The notes beneath the pieces were generated by a model that was given only the letters and a program-made list of their open reading frames with translations, made no database searches and had not been told where the DNA came from. A stretch of DNA of 64,000 bases from Ascidiella aspersa (lineage: Eukaryota). The DNA lies in NCBI GenBank assembly GCA_963924565.1, contig OZ004613.1, positions 13,268,001 through 13,332,000 on the forward strand. Direction: 5' to 3'. Below, in pieces: positions 1-12,475 of the stretch. How positions within the stretch are numbered: the first letter of the stretch is position 1; every line of letters begins with the position of its first letter. A program made the position numbers and the translations under genes.

Positions 1-1696
1 ACGTGATAACAAGGCGTGGTCTAAACCTTTTTCTCTCGACTCTTATAGACGGAAATAATATTTTTGTCCCAATATGGCTTGAACAAAAGCGCTTCGATCT
101 ACATTGCGACGTAACTGGCGTTCGATTCTAAAAAATACCGGATAGTTGACAATAAGGCGAATTTCAAAACATGCGTTAACTTTAAACGGATGTTCGTATG
201 AGCCGGCGAGGCCTGACTCAGTGAAAAATGATGTCTTTGCAAAATCTTGCTAGATCGGCATTTGATGTTTTTTACAGAAAAATTTCCATGACGAAATATT
301 AAAACGGTGATACAGCGATAAAGCAAAAATTATCTGTGTAAACAACAATATGACGAAGTGGCTGCTTATAACTTCTTGCATTTTTCTGTGGAATTTTATT
401 CATATAATATACCATAACTGTAATAAAGTTGTGATTTCAGCGTTCTAAGTATGGTTTGCTTGAAGAGCCCATCTAACCCTTTCCACATATTTGGCGATGT
501 ATTGATTGGGGTTGAATAAGTCTACTTATTTAAATCGCTTGAAATTAATTTTGATTAAATCAACTTAACATGCTCCGTTAATTACTCTAAACATGACTTG
601 TCTAACTTTTAATAAGGTCTTTTGTGATTTGACTTGGTAACCTTTGGAACACCTTGCTTAGGATTTGTTTACTAGGAAAATGAACCAACAAAATAAACTT
701 AATTTAACAATTGCTGTCAATTTGTCGACAATTAATGTAGCTTTGTAAGTTTTCCAAAAATATTCTTTCAGTTTTATTATTATTTGAATATCAGTAGATT
801 CAGTACGTTCAAATTTACCGACATTAAAACGTTTTTCCTACATTTTTAGGAGAAGTAAATTTCTAAAACCTTTGGGTAGTAGCCCAGTGTTTTTGTTTAG
901 GGTTCTAGCTAATACACGTTTCAGCAATTTTAGAAATAAAATTTTCGCGCTATACTTTCTGTTTATTCGTTATTTAAATGTTTTCTGTTTCTAACATCGG
1001 GGGTATACCGGTGCTAATAAATAACAGTTTAGGCTAACTAACTATGAAACATATATAGTACTTTTTCAAATAATTTTATTAAACATTTTTGTGGTACAAT
1101 AGGCGTCGTTGTATATTTTAACACATATCCAGCTCAAAAGTTAAAGAAGTTTTTAACATAAAATAAATAATTATAAAATTACAGACGAAATTTTACTTGG
1201 TATACCATGGGTGGTTGTTCTGCCATACAGCTTTGGAATGAAACAAACCTCACAACTTTGTTTGACAACAACTTTTTTATGCCATTTAGCAATTTGTGCA
1301 TATCAAATCCTTTTCGCGTGATCACTACTTAAATTGTATCTACGTTTTGTCAATGTAAACTAATAAATGTAAGTAATAAAGCTGTTTACTTAAGACGTAA
1401 ATGTCTGTTTTATTGGAACGATAATCTACATCTGTGCGACCCAACCTTTTTCCGTTTGCAAACTCAGTTGTATTGCTATTTTGTTACACGAACCACTAAA
1501 CGATATTGATATATCAGAAGAAAGGAACCACATACAGTTTACTCTTAATGCCAAATTCGAGCTTGCATATATTGGATATTAACATATTATGTCGAGCATT
1601 GTAGGACACAAGTTATATACTTAGTATCAGCACAAAGAATGCCCAAACTTAGGCTCACTATGTTTTAAAGCTTAAAATCGGAACGATTCCAAACAG

Positions 1697-2174
1697 CAGT
1701 GTTCTAACCAAGTCATTTCGAAATATCTTAGGTCCCAGTCAAGTCATATGCCAAATAAGTTAAGTCCAAGTTAAGCTTTTTTGAATAAATTAGAAGTCAA
1801 GTCCCAGAGAAGTCATAATTAAAGCAAGTAAATTCCAAACCAAGTCCTTGTTACAAAAAATTACGTTAAGCTAAACAATTAGGTAAAATCATCCGATATG
1901 AGAAATACCTTAACTAAAAAATACCAAAAGGCAACAAAGGGCAAGCAAATTGTTTTATGTGCAAAAATTAAAATAAATAACCCAATTTTACAAAACAATC
2001 CTTAATGAAAACACTTAATTTCAACCCAAGTCATTTATCTAAAAGACTTGATCAAGTCAAGTCATATGCTCAAAAGACTTAAATCAAGTAAAGTTATTTT
2101 GCCCAAATGACATAAGTCAAGTCACGTCATTTGAAAACAGTGACTTAAGTGCACTTTAAGTCATTACATCACTG
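1697..2174. mobile_element. Non-autonomous hAT-like DNA transposon (MITE) with AAGTC subterminal repeats
   Basis: CAGTG...CACTG termini; flanking 8-mers CCAAACAG (1689-1696) and CCAAACAC (2175-2182) match 7/8, as expected for an aged 8-bp TSD; many CAAGTC/AAGTCA motifs cluster near both ends. Confidence 0.65.
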
Positions 2175-2591
2175 CCAAACACTCACCAGATCCAGCAGTA
2201 TTTGGGTTATAATTAAAACGTCACAAAAATACATCATAGCTGGACGTTATCAAGCATTTAACTAGAGTCCCGCGTAAATATAAAATTAAAAATAGGACTA
2301 AATGAGTACACCTAAAGCCATCGCATATCACTAAATGATTCCGTTTTTTACGGCAAATTAAAAAGTAAAAAAATGGTTGGTGGGAACCAAGCAACAGACA
2401 AATCTCGAATTTGATGGATTATTCTTTAAATTCTTATTTTTATAACATGTCAGCATTGTGACTTGATTTTATTAAGTGCAGGGTAAAATAGTTTAGTGCA
2501 GGGTTAAAGATTTTAGAGCAGGGTGTAGCTCAATTACAAACTGTAAAATGTCGGCGGCCGGTAGTCTTTTTTTAATTCTTGGCAAAATTTT

Positions 2592-2740
2592 CACACAGCT
2601 TCGTCCAATTCTAATCTCGGACATTCGTATTCGTAAACTTCCTCCCAGAAACCACCTCCCACCTGTATATAGCCTAACCACCTGATGTTCTCCCTCCAAG
2701 TTACTCTGACTACGTTGGTTACAATAACTATGCCAAGTAG
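2592..2740 (+). pseudogene. Decayed homolog of the gene B terminal (cytoplasmic tail) exon
   Basis: 2678-2740 translates PPDVLPPSYSDYVGYNNYAK* versus gene B PPGQFPPSYSASVGYNNHPM*. The upstream part reads HTASSNSNLG versus HTAPAPAANTNYG but in another frame, with stops. Confidence 0.6.
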
Positions 2741-3312
2741 CCGTTGCTCTTGGATCACCATAACCAAAAATGAATTTTCCTTCAGCAAATAGGACTTTAA
2801 TCGTTATCGTTGAATGCACTTTTATTGCAAGATTCACACTTTTTGTTATTTGCCTTTACTGATCACTATTTTATTACTTTTTTATTTTCGTATACCAACC
2901 AATGTCTACATTTTACCTCACGTTTAATTACAATTGCCACATATCCCCTAAACAGAGAATGTTAATAAGTCACTCATTTATAATGAAGCAATTTGTCGAT
3001 AGCTTACCACCTAAGACAGTTAATATTAGATTGCATTTAACGTAGTTTATAAACTTCAGCTTTCACAGTCGCAGGTACTGAAAGCGTGTCGCCCTAAATA
3101 TATTCACACAGGCCAATTTGATGAGTAGAAAATCTCTATCGCGATTACAAAACCTGACTTGACTTGAACTTAATTATAACAATTCCAATATTGCTTTTAG
3201 AATTCTATCTCTTCCTAATATTTGTGGTGAGTAATCAAAAGAGTTACATCTGGGATATTCGGCAGAATAAGGCCTTTATTCCTTATAGAATAAGGTTAGT
3301 GTCTTTCTAAAG

Positions 3313-4164
3313 CAGCGGTTCCCAAACTTTTCTAAAAAATTTGCCTGGCGGACCCGTTGCAATTATTTTGATATTTCGCGGCCCTGTAAGATTTCAAGGG
3401 TCAGTTGACCCATATTTCTTGTAGTGCACTAGTGTAGTCACAATTCTTTCTAATGTAACAACCTTCTAAATCAGGGTGGTCCACGGTTGACTGCATCGTG
3501 GGCCACAATATTTCTTGCAAATTCTTTGCGGTCCACATAAAGTAGGCTAAATGCGTATCAGGAGCGGGTCAACGTTTTTCGTTTGGTCGAGGCATGAAAT
3601 GTTTAAAGATAACGTCACAAAGTAGCATCGAAAGACGGATACGCTCCAGAAACTTGCTTCTGTCGTCGAACTTGCGCGCAAATAAAATCGAATGTCATGA
3701 GACTGGGAAAACTGGTGTGCGCGAAGCGCGAAAATTTGCGTATTTGACAAAAATTTTAATTAGAAGACTGCATTTTATAAGCGTAGAACGTTCGCGTAAA
3801 AGAGATGTTGCATACTCCCCAATCGCTAAATAACAAAGACGTTATCATTTCGCGCAAAAAGGTTTAGTTAACCAGACCAATTTGGCTGAAATTGCAACTG
3901 GGTTTGGACCACCCTGTTCTAACTAATGCGAACGATTCGCTGATAGCAGGTAGTAGGCCTACAGCATAATAGATGCTTTATGATGTCATAAAACACGCTA
4001 TATGGTCGAATAATAAAGTATAACTAAAGACAATAAAGATGACAGATAATGTTTAAAACATAGAATAAAGTTTATAAACTTAAAAGACTAATTCTCCTTG
4101 CGGACCCTCTGAAATTGCTGTACGGACCCCATTTGGTCCGCGGACTCCAGTTTGGGAACCGCTG
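3313..4164. mobile_element. hAT (Charlie-like) MITE
   Basis: TIR CAGCGGTTCCCAAAC ... GTTTGGGAACCGCTG; flanks TTCTAAAG / TTTTAAAG (7/8, central TA). Confidence 0.8.
3472..3916. mobile_element. hAT-like MITE nested inside the 3313-4164 element
   Basis: TIR CAGGGTGGTCCA ... TGGACCACCCTG; flanks TTCTAAAT / TTCTAACT (7/8). Confidence 0.7.
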
Positions 4165-5529
4165 TTTTAAAGTATTATATTTTAGAACAAATAATGCAAT
4201 ACGCAATACTGTGTATACCACGATAAATACAAACACTAAAACTATGATTTCGATTTCAATAAAACCATTTATATATTGCATCCCAGTTTAAGTATGACGC
4301 CGTTTTTTATTGTCAGCTGACGTTATTCATATCGGTGTATGAAGTGCACATGAAAGCTGCCAGCCTTGATCCTTCGTTTTCTTCCGACGCCAAGAGGACA
4401 AATTAGCGGCGCCTATAAATCCTGCCTTAAGATACACACGAGATCTACAAAAGGATGAAGCGTGAATATGTCCTTATAATCAACTGCACGCAATGACACA
4501 TCCTACATCATTACTTATATGCTATACTTAAAGCTTTAGCTCATGCACAAAGCTTTAGCTCATGTCCTATGACAGACTTAGTGTTTATTTTGCTTTAGAT
4601 TTGACTCACCTTGCTATCACGGAATTCCTGCAACAGCATTGTATTAACCAGAGCTTTGAAGGTATCTGCTTATTTGTTACCAAGAATTATTTTTGTAACA
4701 ACCACAAAAGATAGCCATGCGGCTACCTTCTTGGTACTTCTATTTAAAGAATTCTTCATCTCGTACAAGGGTAAGAATCTGATATCCATTAAACGCACCC
4801 GGAGCCTTTATTTTGTCTCACGACAACTTAGGAAGTGACGTGACGGGGGTCTTTAACCGTTATCACGTAGGCGCTTGGCCCAAGGCGAGGCCTTGCCATT
4901 GTAATTCGGCTTGGCTGACTCTTGCGATTACACCAAATGCGCATAACTTGGCCTTATAATTTATGTTAGCAGGGTGTGCGTTCGCGCAAAACCCCATACA
5001 AATAAAGAAGAAAAAATACTATGTACTAAATAAATCACTATCGTTCTTAACTGTTACATCAATCAGAGTTGTATGTGAAGTGTCGAAACACCATCTTCTT
5101 TTGGATTACGATTGGGTCGTGGGTAATATTTGGCCCACATACACAACAGAAAGCATCAGGAATATTTTTACACCCACGTCTACTATAGAAGAAGCCGTGT
5201 TTAAACTTTCAAGACAAACTACATTCCCTACTATAAAAACGTAATGTAAAAATTGGTAGATTAAACCGACACATGCACACTCCCAACTTCCTTACATGAC
5301 CGCACACTCTCAGTGTTCCTCCCAGTTACTTATATCAGTATAAAGCGTGCTGATGAGCCCTTAAAGCATGACGTATTAATAATCCGATTTTACTGATGAG
5401 ATAGCAAATCTAATTTGCAAAGTAGACAGAAAGGTACCGGTAAGCGTTTGTGACGGTAAGATTGCCTGATAGATGGCCATTCTTATACTTCTGTTATAAT
5501 TGCATTTGTCCCGCCCAATAATTAAATTT

Positions 5530-6205
5530 TAAGCATTCATTTTTTGCTTTTGAAACGGTCGTCCTACAACGACGTGTGCATTTCCGTTTGTCTTCTTTTC
5601 ACCATCGGGTTAAACTGGGTTTTTGGGTTCATTCTTAGCGTAGTGTTTTCTAAGTATGGGGCTGCATTGGCCGTTGTTTTTACTAAATCTGACTAAATAC
5701 GAGGTGGAGATATTTGTTTAATTATTTTTCTATATGATTGTAGATGGTCGCGTATTTTATTAATTGCCTATAAACTTAATACCAAGTACCTATTTTGCGC
5801 TGGAGTGTATTTGCGCTGTTTGAATATATTCGTGTTAACATAAGTGCACTATATTTTGTTTATAAATGCTTACAAACTTGAAAAAAACCTTTAATTAAAA
5901 AAATTCTTTTTATATTACATTACATTGGTTAATCGTTTAATTTAAGCCGTTCAGCTTTCACGGGCGCCGATACTTTAGCCGTATATATATATTATCGTAA
6001 ACGTAATGGCTAAAACACATATTTCGATATTGTAAAGTTACACACTATTTTTATGCAAATTCTGTTTTGCAACTCACCTAATTCGTTTTACAACGCTATA
6101 GGCGCATCTTAGGATTGCTGAGTAGAAAATCTCTTTTCTTTTACGATTTTACGCGTCATCCTAAAATAGTGTTGAGTATAGAAAATCTCTAACGAGATTA
6201 CAAAA
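5530..6205. repeat. Dispersed repeat; inverted homolog at ~10288-10810, end fragment at ~3117-3170
   Basis: 5541-5640 is the reverse complement of ~10710-10803, 6028-6135 of ~10440-10557, and 6171-6205 of ~10306-10336. Confidence 0.7.
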
Positions 6206-6236
6206 AAAAAACATTTTTGGGGGGTTATATCTTAAA

Positions 6237-6998
6237 AACAGATTAGGGCGGTTTTATTATATTAACAGATTAAAGTGGTTATATCACAGCGGTTTCCAAA
6301 CTGGGGTCCGCGGACCAAATGGGGTCCGTACAGCAATTTCAGAGGGTCCGCAAGGAGAATTAGCCTTTTAAGTTTTTAAACATTAGTCTGTGTTTTAAAC
6401 ATTATCTGTCATCTTTATTGTCTTTATAGTTATGCTTTATTATTCGACCATATAGCGTGTTTTATGATGTCTATTCTGACATCATAAAGCATCTATTATG
6501 CTGTAGGCCTGCTACCTGCTTTCAGCGAATCGTTCGCATTAGTTAGAACAGGGTGGTCCAAACCCAGTTGCAATTTCAGCCAAATTGATCTGGTTAATTA
6601 AACCTTTTTGCACGAAATGATAACGTCTTTGTTATTTAGCGATTGGGGACTATGCAACATCTCTTTTACGCGAACGTTCTACGCTTATAAAATGCAGTCT
6701 TTTAATTAGTATTTTTGTCAAATACGCAAATTTTTATATATATCATATCAACAGATTAAAGCGGTTCTATCATATAAACAGAATAAGGCGGTTATATCAT
6801 ATAAACAGATTAAACCAGTTTTAATATATGAACAGATTAAAGTGGTTGTATCATAAGAACAGATTAAAGCGGTTGTATCATATGAACAGATTAAAGCGGT
6901 TCTGATATGAACAGATTAAAGTGGTTGTATCAGAAGAACAGATTAAAGCGGTTGTCTCATATGCACAGATTAGAGCGGTTATATCATATAAACAGATA
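6237..6998. repeat. Minisatellite, ~26-bp unit AACAGATTAAAGCGGTTATATCATAT, interrupted by a MITE copy
   Basis: Two units at 6237-6286 and about ten at 6735-6998. Confidence 0.85.
6287..6734. mobile_element. Truncated inverted copy of the nested hAT composite (3731-4164)
   Basis: Near-identical reverse complement of 3731-4164, including the outer TIR and the inner-element junction. Confidence 0.85.
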
Positions 6999-8274
6999 AA
7001 AGGAAAATCAAGCTGAGATATTACACACTTTACCATCAAACCAATGCGTTATAATCATAAGGACAAGCAGAAGAAAATGCGTCTCCTTTACAATCGTGTA
7101 AATTTGTTTCAAATACTTATTTAGCTGCCAAATGTGGCTGGATATTAGTCGCTAAACGTGAATATTATTTGGACTTTTTCAAGTTGTAAGTTATTCTGTT
7201 TTTGCCTTGAATAATGGTATTTTCAAATGAACTATATGAAGTGTTTGAATTTTTAAATATTCTTTATCTTTCTAATGATAATATTAGAATTTTATTTATA
7301 AAATGATATCAGAAGCAAAGTTGGTATTTTCTGTGTTTGAACTACAAAACGACTTGTTGTGTTATGCTTGGAATACGAAACCTAAATATTTTTATCTTAA
7401 CTAAATTTTCTGAAAAAAAATTGTTAATACACGACAATTAAATAAACTCGGGATTTCATGACTAAAACGTGGTAAGGTGAACAGATATTTCGTATGCAGG
7501 GAATAAATAGTTTGTACATTGGTGTTGTGTAAAATAAAGGAGTATTAAACTTAAGTTCTCCGAGAAAATATCGCCGAATGAGAATAACAACTTTGCTTAA
7601 CTGTATTTTGTGGTAAATCATTTTAAAGATTTAACTTTTTATAGAATGTTTAAGTTCTACTTTTATAGAATGCCTTTTGTTAAAAGTCTGCCTTGGAGTA
7701 AATGCTTAACATAGTTGTGTTTGTGATTTAACAAATTACTGTTCGGTTCTTTAGTTCTGTGCTTTATTAATAGAGGCGAGAGACAAACACAATTTATACT
7801 ACGTTTAAAACTCGCTTCTAATACCCACGGAATTGGTAAAGAAAGTTAAGCCTGAAAGATGATAACACGATTTGTGCTAAACATGAAATAAATTGAATTT
7901 TCTTTTTTTCTTACCAAAAGCGTTTTAAAATGTTCTTCTTAAATATTAGCCCTTGGAAAAGAAGCAAAAAATTCAAATAAAGAAACATCTTTCACTAAAT
8001 CACAGTTGAATATTTAGAAAAAATGTTTCTCAAAAATGATTATATAAGACTTCTTTATCTCAACAACTTTAAAAATACGACAAAAAAAAAACAATTTTAA
8101 ATCAGATAAATTTAATCAGATAAGATATCTCTCTTATGTTAGCAAAATATCAGCCAGCATATATGTAGTTGAAATAAAATAAAATACGGGTTTTACTTTA
8201 ATATGTGTTCCATCACACAATATCTGCATTCCGAGATCACAAGAAATGAATTATTTGCAATAATTCTTTCCATA

Positions 8275-8925
8275 TTATTTATCCCCAGTGTGAGCTTTTT
8301 CATGAATTTTAAGATTCCATGCCCGATTAAAATATTTTCCACAATTCTTGCATTTGTAAGGTTTCACTCCAGTGTGAGTTAGGATATGTCTTTGAAGATT
8401 TCCTGTCCGGCTAAAACTTATTCCACATTCGTTGCATTTGTATGGTTTTTCTCCAGTGTGGGTTCTTTGATGAAGTTTAACGTCTCCAGCCCGGCTAAAA
8501 CATATTCCACAATCTTTACACTTATATGGTTTTTCTCCAGTGTGAATTCTCAAGTGAATTTCAAGTGTAGAAATTATCCTGAAAATCCTTCCACAAAACT
8601 CACATTTAAGTTTTTTGAAATGAATCCTAGAAAAATGGTAATTGAGCAAATGTTGCTTTGTGAACAACTTTTCACAAATGTGACAACGGAACTCAATGTT
8701 GTTGTTTTTTTGTTGGTATTTTCTTTTTACAGTTGTAAGATCCGTTCTTTTGTATTCCAGCCGTTTCATTTGATCCAAGTGACCCTGTCCTTCACAATCA
8801 GACCCCTCACCCACATGATATTCTTGTGACCAATCTGCAATCATCGCAACAGAATCATCAGAAAATTCATCGTCGCTCTCTTTTTTCAGTTCCGTCGTAA
8901 TAAAATCGCTTTGGTAGTTTGACAT
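8275..8925 (-). CDS. C2H2 (Kruppel-type) zinc-finger protein, 5 fingers, acidic N-terminus, ~216 aa, uninterrupted ORF
   Basis: Five CxxC-x12-HxxxH(or HxxxxH) units with TGEKPY/TGVKPY linkers. First ATG is at 8925 (MSNYQ...); the ORF-track start at 8988 is TTG. Confidence 0.9.
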   Translation of the reverse strand: MSNYQSDFITTELKKESDDEFSDDSVAMIADWSQEYHVGEGSDCEGQGHLDQMKRLEYKRTDLTTVKRKYQQKNNNIEFRCHICEKLFTKQHLLNYHFSRIHFKKLKCEFCGRIFRIISTLEIHLRIHTGEKPYKCKDCGICFSRAGDVKLHQRTHTGEKPYKCNECGISFSRTGNLQRHILTHTGVKPYKCKNCGKYFNRAWNLKIHEKAHTGDK

Positions 8926-10287
8926 ATTTTTATTTGCAAAATATAAATAAATAAACCTTTTAACGCAATCCCATGAATTCAACGTCAAACAAAAATCGAA
9001 AAAATCTCAAAAGAAATGCCATTTGCATATACAGTAGTTAAAATACTTTGTAATTTTCATACTTGCTAGTTATTGTGGCAGCCTATTTGCAGCTTACAAA
9101 AAACACTACTTGTTGTTGATGCCTTTATTTTAGTTATACCTTATAAAAAGCGTCTTTTAAAAGTAAAACAAAGAATACAAAGTTACTACATCCAGTAACG
9201 CGTAGCCATTAGTGACAATTGCGCTCTGCGTAACATTGACGAATATTGGCCTATAAAGCTGCAAGACCTTGAGTTACCAGTACCACCAGCGCGTATTAAG
9301 ATACAATGTTAATTTTGCAACTAAACGCAATAAAGCAAATTGCTAAATCTCAGCATTATATACTACTCACATAAGCCGCTCGTCCAAACATTTGATTGAC
9401 ACTTCCATATCAGTAAGCGTTAGCGGGAAGTGATTGGTGGCACGAAAAACGCTGACACCGCATTGCACGGCAGCATTAAAAGCAAGCAGTCCGTGTTACA
9501 GACCTTAACTCAAATTTAACACAGATAGTTTTAAGTGCATAGATGAATAAGCGCAATTTTTAATACTAATTTTGCTTTCCAAAAATAATAAATACCTCGA
9601 GATGCTGACTGACATAAATAAAGGTTTATTGTGCAACTAAAACGTTAATATACACAATACGTATTCTGTGATCAAGCCGTTTGTGAAGTCGTACTGATCA
9701 ACGATAACAGCACCCATAGGCCTATATAATAGAGAGATAGATACAAGATGTCTTTGGAAAGATTTACTGAAATCAGTCGGCCTGAACAGAATTGTAGTGC
9801 AAGCAAGGCAGGCCAGAAGTATGTTGTAAACAAATATTTTTTAAATGCTGCTTTCTGATGGTTTTACACTCAGCAAATGGTGACCTAGATAAAACAAATA
9901 CATTCTTAAACCCTTAATTGTTGCTTTAAATCCGGGTTCACCAAACTACGGACAACAGAATGCATTCTACTGGCCCGTGAAATATTTCTTTCATTTAAAG
10001 ATGAAGTACAGTTGAAATTTTGGCGGATGCAAATCCAAACTTAATTTTGATGGAATTTAAAATTAAAGCCGTGCATTTAAAACGAAGCACTTTGTCCAGC
10101 CTACCACCCCAGGCAGTGACTTTAATAGGCAGCCATTACCCCGATGACAACACTTATTTAAAACAATTTATTTTGCAATGAAATAACACATTAGCCTTTT
10201 GATTAATCTGCTTCAAAAATATATCACTCCGTGTCTAGTAATCCCTTACCACAAATATTAGGAATATGAACAATCCTAAACCCATTT

Positions 10288-10810
10288 AGTTCAAGTCAAG
10301 TTACTTTTTGGAATCTCGATAGAGATTTTTTACTCAACAAATTGCCAACCCCACCAACCCTGAGGTGCTTGAACCCTCAAAAGAAAAAAAAATGTTTTAA
10401 GATAATAGACTAAGTCGTGAAGCTTTCCTTACAAAAAAGAAGAGATCTTCTACACAACATTCCTAAGATACGCCTATGGCGTTGTAAACAAATTAGGTGA
10501 TTATACCTTGTTTGCAAAACAAAGTGTCTATAAAATATGAAGTGTAACTTTACAATATCTAAATTTGTATTTTAGGCATCACGTGTTACATTTCCCAACA
10601 TATACAAAAATAATTTAATTAAACGATTTATCTTCCGCCCTTTGTGTTGGGTTAGATGCGCTAAAAACAACGACCACTGTAGTCCCGGGTTTAGAAGACA
10701 ATTTGGTTAGAATGAACCCAAAAACCCAGTTTAAGCCGATGGTGAAAAGAAGACAGACGGAAATGCACACGTCTTTATAGGTCGCCGTTACAAAAGCAAA
10801 AAGTGATAGC
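10288..10810. repeat. Inverted copy of the dispersed repeat at 5530-6205
   Basis: Block-wise reverse-complement matches; ends in a short TTGAC-type repeat shared with 3157-3170. Confidence 0.7.
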
Positions 10811-12475
10811 TTAAATGTTAATTCAAATCACCCTGCTGTGCCAGTTTTGCTTTGTATCCAACAAACTTCCAGTGTACAAATCCATACCTTTAGCAAACAG
10901 TTTGCTAGGATATATTTTTCAAAGCTGTAGCCTACCGCTGCACAAAAACCACGTAAAAAGTGTAAAAGCCATTTTATATGAAATAAGTTAACAAAACAGT
11001 CCTCTCAGAAAGTGCTGTTCGCGTGAAATATATTTAAAGCAAAACAACACGTAATTCTGTACAGATGCGTTATTAAAATAGACAAAAATACTTATCTATT
11101 CTTGTATTCTTCACGAAAAATATATAAAGTACACATAGAGCCGAAAACAAAAACCTTTTTCCGTGACATAACGGAAATGTACCAGAATCTTTTTTATTCA
11201 AGTTTATTCGTTTGTGTGCGTTGTTTGCATTTTCACTTGCTTTGCTACTTATCTTCACTCTTGCGACACCTTGCATTTCACCTGTTTTATTTCTTATCTT
11301 TTCACGTTTTACTTTGACACCTTCTTATCGTTGGCAATTCACAACTTTTTCTTATTGTTTAGACTTTTAGTAAAGATTGGATGTATGAAGGCAGTCAGGT
11401 TTGCAACAGTTGACTGAATATTCGTAATAAAATAGGCTTTTATTTGTACAACTGAAATATATTTTATTTGTACAACTGAAAATATCAATATGGTTTTATT
11501 TTATTTGTTTATTAGTCGTGCATACTGCATATATCTGGTTTCGGGAAGTGGTGGGTTTTAATTGGAACGCGGTTGTTATAAGTGAGAGACAGGGGTGCAT
11601 CACGGTGGGGCGAGGAAAGCAGGCCATGTCCCCACTTTATTATATTTTTTGACATCCTTTGTTATGTACCGCAAATGCATTGTTTCGCGATTGCATTTTA
11701 CCTTCCGATTTGCGCATGAGTTCGGTCAAGAAAAACAGGTGTTTCGAAGACTAACCGATTTAGGATGTAACGCTATGACGTGACTTTGTAATGTCACCTC
11801 TAAATATGTTCATACTCCTAAACAAAAATCCTGGTGCGCCTCCTGGGAAGCAATACAACTAACTAGAACCCCTTAAAATCAGTACAAATATACATAATGC
11901 TGATGAAGACCATCTGATTGTCCTTAAACCAATAAAAAAAAAACTAGATCGAAAATTTAACTATATTTTGAAAAACGTAGTGGTTTCTGATTTTGGCTGT
12001 TTGCAAATGCAAATATAAAATTTAATTAATTTTCAAATATATCGCTGAAAGGTCAAATATATTTTTCACACAATGTCAATTATCCTACCCTTGGTTAGAC
12101 ACACATATACTTTCGTAAACAAATCGTCATTGCTCGAACAGCCATCGTTCGGTTTATTTCAAAAGTAACATTTATTTTGGATGAGTACATTATTCCAGCT
12201 GTACTTAACCAAACTTTCGATCATAATATTATTGAATTTTTTTAAACCGAGATATTTTTATGTTATAAAAGGAATATTAAAAAAAAATTAAAGTTGTATT
12301 TACAGTTTTAACTTTAAATGAAAGTATATATGTATAAACTGTTAGTTTGGCGATAAATTTATTTAGTAGTACGCATCAATATTTTTCTGTAATTAGCGTT
12401 TTAAGTCCTGTCTAATAAAGTAACAAAAACTGTACAATAATAATTTTAAATTTCGCCGATGCATTTCCAAGTTGA

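Noticed and set aside
2493-2837. Minus-strand ORFs of 114 and 65 aa
   Set aside because: No recognisable domain; the informative signal is the plus-strand tail-exon relic.
6735-6998. Possible CRISPR-like array
   Set aside because: Tandem degenerate units with no unique spacers, in intron-containing eukaryotic DNA; a minisatellite.
8386-8829. 147-aa plus-strand ORF with internal repeats
   Set aside because: Antisense shadow of the zinc-finger repeats.
11510-11590. Minus-strand PPLPETRYMQY as a lost cytoplasmic exon of gene A
   Set aside because: No convincing match to the B tail and no clear acceptor.
11590-11845. CAGGGGTGCA…TGCGCCTCCTG MITE-like element
   Set aside because: Imperfect TIRs and no matching TSD; probably a decayed repeat, too weak to call.
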